Shown here in pieces: positions 62,579 to 64,000 of a stretch of 64,000 bases of DNA. The translations under genes were made by a program, and so were the position numbers. The notes beneath the pieces were generated by a model, which saw only the letters and a program-made list of their open reading frames with translations, made no database searches and had not been told where the DNA came from. Origin of the DNA: Laetmonice hystrix (Eukaryota); contig OZ249438.1 in the NCBI GenBank assembly GCA_965235115.1, positions 22,382,001-22,446,000 on the forward strand. The letters run 5' to 3'. The stretch's first letter is position 1; every line of letters starts with the position of its first letter.

Positions 62579-64000
62579 GGCGGCGTCCGTGGAATGCTGG
62601 GTAATGTGCTCGGCCCCGCGAGCACCTGCTAAGCTGTCTGCTAGCCGCTGTCGTCCGGCAGTGCGTTTGGCGCTCTTTCGGTCGTTCCTCTGGCCTCTGA
62701 TTGTCACCACTTGGTCAGTTCCAGGCGACAACTCCCTCGTATATGTCCGTTAACTGAAATGGAGCACACAAAGACGATATGTCAGGCTTATTTTCCAAGT
62801 CCACGGCAGTAATTTCAGGACGACCCGGTTGGCTTAAATGTGCAACAGTATTTGCGTCCACGCGAACTTGGCAGTGGCGTGCGCTCGTTTCACTCGCCCA
62901 CTCGCAACTGACAGGGCTCTCACTTCCTGGACGTGAGCTCGCCCGCCACCACAGACAGCGTCGACTCGAGCGCTCCCTTGGCTGATGTCAAAAAGCAGTG
63001 GCCAATGCAATGGTCAGATTTCAGCAGCGTATAGGAAGGATCCTGCTCCTTGCCTTCAGCTTCTACCACTGCGTATATTGAAAAAAAGGAAGTTTGGACT
63101 AGTCGGTACATGAGGTCGATGCGTTTATTTTTGTATTGGTTTCACTTTGAAAAGCAGATGCTCTTGTGTAAGGCTTAAGAATGGCGGGTGGACTTAGCGG
63201 TAGTAGGCCTATCAGGTGATCAATGTTGAACTCTAAGTCAGGGAATCGTGGATATTGTACTTTAACCATTTTACTACCCTTTACACCACAGAATAGACTA
63301 TTTTTCAGCTGATTTTTTTTTCTGTTAATCCAGAAAACTTTATCAAATTGAAATGTACATCCGTCGTTGCTTCAAGTTTAAATCTGAAGCCGCTTTGATT
63401 TGCCTTAAGCGTTAAGACGACCTTAATAATCACAGGCATTTGGGGTTTAAGGCTTAGTTGAGCTTGAATCGAATTTCTTTGCCCTTTTTTCGCTTTTAGT
63501 CGTTGTTTTGCATGAATGGCAACGGAGCGGTGTTAAAAGAGTGGTTATGCCTATCAATTAGTGTTGGTCGTCGGAGAAGTTGGTCGCTTTACGGTTCTCG
63601 GCGGACACGTTTCTTGGGGACGTGGAGAGGGCGCGCAGGTCAGGCGAATCGGCCGGTCGCCGCCTCCCGACAATACGGCTCTCGGTCGGTCTTTCTTTGC
63701 CGGAGTTCTCGATGTTAGAACGACGGCAATTATAGACCAGCTGCGTTTATAGACACCCCCCCCCCCCCTCGCTTTTCCACCGCCTCCGAGTCCAGGCTAT
63801 CATTTGACCTATACAGGGCCTTTTCATATGCAATGGCCGACGCACGGGCAGCCGACTCTTTCTTTGCCTACAGCATGCAGCATGTTATTCTATAGCATGT
63901 GCACCTGAACATGATAATGACCGCAGGAGGACGGCCGAAGAATCCGCGTCCAACACTCACGGGCCTCTGGCTTTGTCCAGAAAGTTTACCAAATCAACCA

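Larger units (their letters stand above)
61800..62990 (-). promoter_or_regulatory. CpG-rich promoter / 5'UTR / first-exon region of BCL11
   Basis: Visibly CpG-dense around exon 1. YY1-like AACATGGCGGC at 62574-62584. Initiator-like TTCAGTT on the minus strand around 62755, which would give a 5'UTR of about 245 nt. The TSS cannot be fixed from sequence alone. Confidence 0.55.

Noticed and set aside
1-64000. Conserved bilaterian or protostome microRNAs, tRNAs or rRNAs
   Set aside because: No mature miRNA sequence or RNA-gene signature that I know was recognised by eye; an Infernal or miRBase search is needed to exclude them fully.

Overview
Animal (most likely protostome; inferred from the protein) genomic DNA. 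Almost the whole window is the 5' half of one minus-strand gene, a BCL11 (BCL11A/BCL11B/CTIP-family) zinc-finger transcription factor. The ORF track misses it because it is split into short exons. Coding exon 1 (62509-62458, MSARRKGKPQQRKKIEA, phase-1 GTAAGT donor) splices across a 51,290-bp intron to coding exon 2 (11167-10700). Exon 2 encodes the BCL11 N-terminal C2HC finger (LTCGDCQREFLLSDIVKFIQHKVNRC) and ends at ...VDAESNTTNS with a phase-1 GTATGT donor. Intron 2 runs off the window start, so the C2H2-finger exons are not present. The rest is intronic. It contains six short tandem repeats, microsatellites, many G/C homopolymer tracts, CpG-rich patches and enhancer- or promoter-like motif clusters (POU octamers, TALE sites, CRE, CCAAT, one CTCF consensus). 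GGCCGGCC and related tetramer arrays are strongly over-represented. I recognised no RNA gene, CRISPR array, intact transposon or second protein-coding gene. All motif counts were made by eye and expected values are rough estimates; regulatory interpretations are hypotheses.
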